A DNA stretch of 26,813 bases, from the IMG/VR virus record IMGVR_UViG_2537561933_000012; one strand, 5' to 3'. Position 1 is the stretch's first letter. The number at the start of each line of letters is the position of its first letter. Of the stretch, positions 25,533 through 26,813 are shown one piece after another. Source of the DNA: a virus. Its lineage: Duplodnaviria > Heunggongvirae > Uroviricota > Caudoviricetes. The position numbers and the translations under genes were made by a program. The notes beneath the pieces were generated by a model that was given only the letters and a program-made list of their open reading frames with translations, did no database searches and was not told the DNA's origin.

Positions 25533-26813
25533 ATGAAATATCCGACAGGCGTGGAAAACCATGGAGGGAAATTACGTATCTGGTTTGTTTATAAAGGCGT
25601 AAGAGTCAGGGAAAATCTGGGGGTTCCTGACACAGCAAAAAACAGGCGCGTTGCAGGTGAACTACGCTCCTCTGTTTGTTACGCAATAAAAACTGGTGTT
25701 TTCGACTATGCAAAACAGTTTCCCTCCTCACGCAATCTGGAAAAATTTGGTGAGGCCCGACAAGATTTAACCATAAAAGAACTGGCTGAAAAATTTCTGG
25801 CACTGAAAGAAACTGAAGTCGCCAAAACATCACTCAACACATACCGTGCCGTCATCAAAAATATCCTGAGCATAATCGGTGAAAAAAATCTTGCCTCATC
25901 GATTAATAAAGAAAAATTACTGGAGGTTCGTAAAGAGCTACTGACTGGATACCAGATCCCCAAAAGTAACTATATTGTTACACAACCAGGGAGATCGGCT
26001 GTAACTGTAAATAATTACATGACAAATCTTAACGCCGTGTTCCAGTTTGGTGTTGATAACGGTTACCTGGCAGATAACCCGTTTAAGGGGATCTCGCCAT
26101 TAAAGGAATCAAGAACCATTCCGGATCCTCTTTCGCGGGAGGAATTCATCCGTCTTATCGATGCGTGCAGAAATCAGCAAGCCAAAAATTTATGGTGTGT
26201 TTCTGTTTATACTGGCGTTCGCCCTGGTGAGCTGTGTGCACTTGGATGGGAGGACATAGATCTGAAAAATGGAACAATGATGATCAGGAGAAATTTAGCA
26301 AAAGACCGTTTCACGGTCCCAAAAACACAGGCGGGAACCAATCGGGTCATTCATCTTATTAAGCCAGCAATCGACGCTCTCCGGAGTCAGATGACATTAA
26401 CGAGACTGAGCAAAGAGCATATCATTGATGTTCACCTCAGAGAGTATGGCAGAACAGAAAAACATAAATGCACCTTTGTTTTTCAACCTGAAGTGTCAGC
26501 GAGAGTAAAAAATTATGGTGACCATTTTACCGTTGACTCAATAAGGCAGATGTGGGACGCAGCGATAAAACGTGCCGGACTCCGCCATCGAAAATCATAT
26601 CAGTCGAGACATACTTATGCCTGCTGGTCGCTGACAGCTGGTGCTAACCCGGCATTTATAGCAAACCAGATGGGCCATGCAGATGCGCAAATGGTATTTC
26701 AGGTATACGGAAAATGGATGTCTGAAAACAATAATGCACAGGTAGCTTTGTTAAATACACAGTTAAGCGAGTTTGCCCCAACCATGCCCCATAACGAAGC
26801 AATGAAAAATTAA
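25533..26813 (+). CDS. int: Tyrosine site-specific integrase (lambda Int family), 426 aa from the ATG at 25533
   Basis: C-terminal catalytic region ...SRHTYACWSLTAGANPAFIANQMGHADAQMVFQVYGKW with His and terminal Tyr; GAGAGAAG Shine-Dalgarno before 25533 (track start 25518). Confidence 0.85.
   Translation: MKYPTGVENHGGKLRIWFVYKGVRVRENLGVPDTAKNRRVAGELRSSVCYAIKTGVFDYAKQFPSSRNLEKFGEARQDLTIKELAEKFLALKETEVAKTSLNTYRAVIKNILSIIGEKNLASSINKEKLLEVRKELLTGYQIPKSNYIVTQPGRSAVTVNNYMTNLNAVFQFGVDNGYLADNPFKGISPLKESRTIPDPLSREEFIRLIDACRNQQAKNLWCVSVYTGVRPGELCALGWEDIDLKNGTMMIRRNLAKDRFTVPKTQAGTNRVIHLIKPAIDALRSQMTLTRLSKEHIIDVHLREYGRTEKHKCTFVFQPEVSARVKNYGDHFTVDSIRQMWDAAIKRAGLRHRKSYQSRHTYACWSLTAGANPAFIANQMGHADAQMVFQVYGKWMSENNNAQVALLNTQLSEFAPTMPHNEAMKN

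Overview
The window is almost entirely one lambdoid prophage from an Enterobacteriaceae (E. coli-like) host, and it looks defective. No searches were run: calls rest on the sequence, the ORF track, hand-folded RNA structures and recalled family knowledge, and coordinates of hand-derived sites may be off by a few bases. Right end, plus strand: a Qin-type leftward operon (DicA-like repressor, ydfA/ydfB/ydfC-like ORFs, DicF sRNA, dicB, ydfD, a large DEDDh-exonuclease-domain protein), then excisionase and tyrosine integrase. Minus strand, diverging from the repressor: Cro-like and YdaT-like genes, a replication protein with internal iterons, a nin-like region (RusA, DUF968-like, Q antiterminator), a four-tRNA array, a pinholin / SAR-endolysin / Rz-Rz1 lysis cassette, a lambda-like cos site, terminase small (frameshifted) and large subunits, gpW-like, a truncated portal, and tail-fibre-assembly remnants flanking a SAM methyltransferase. 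Head and tail genes are absent. Candidate undescribed cargo: a three-gene plus-strand operon between Q and the tRNA array (10.0-11.6 kb), a terminator-bounded two-gene cassette with an HTH/M78-peptidase protein (13.7-15.5 kb), an AT-rich island with a ParA-like ATPase (15.5-16.9 kb), small hydrophobic ORFs between endolysin and Rz, and a convergent gene pair upstream of DicF.
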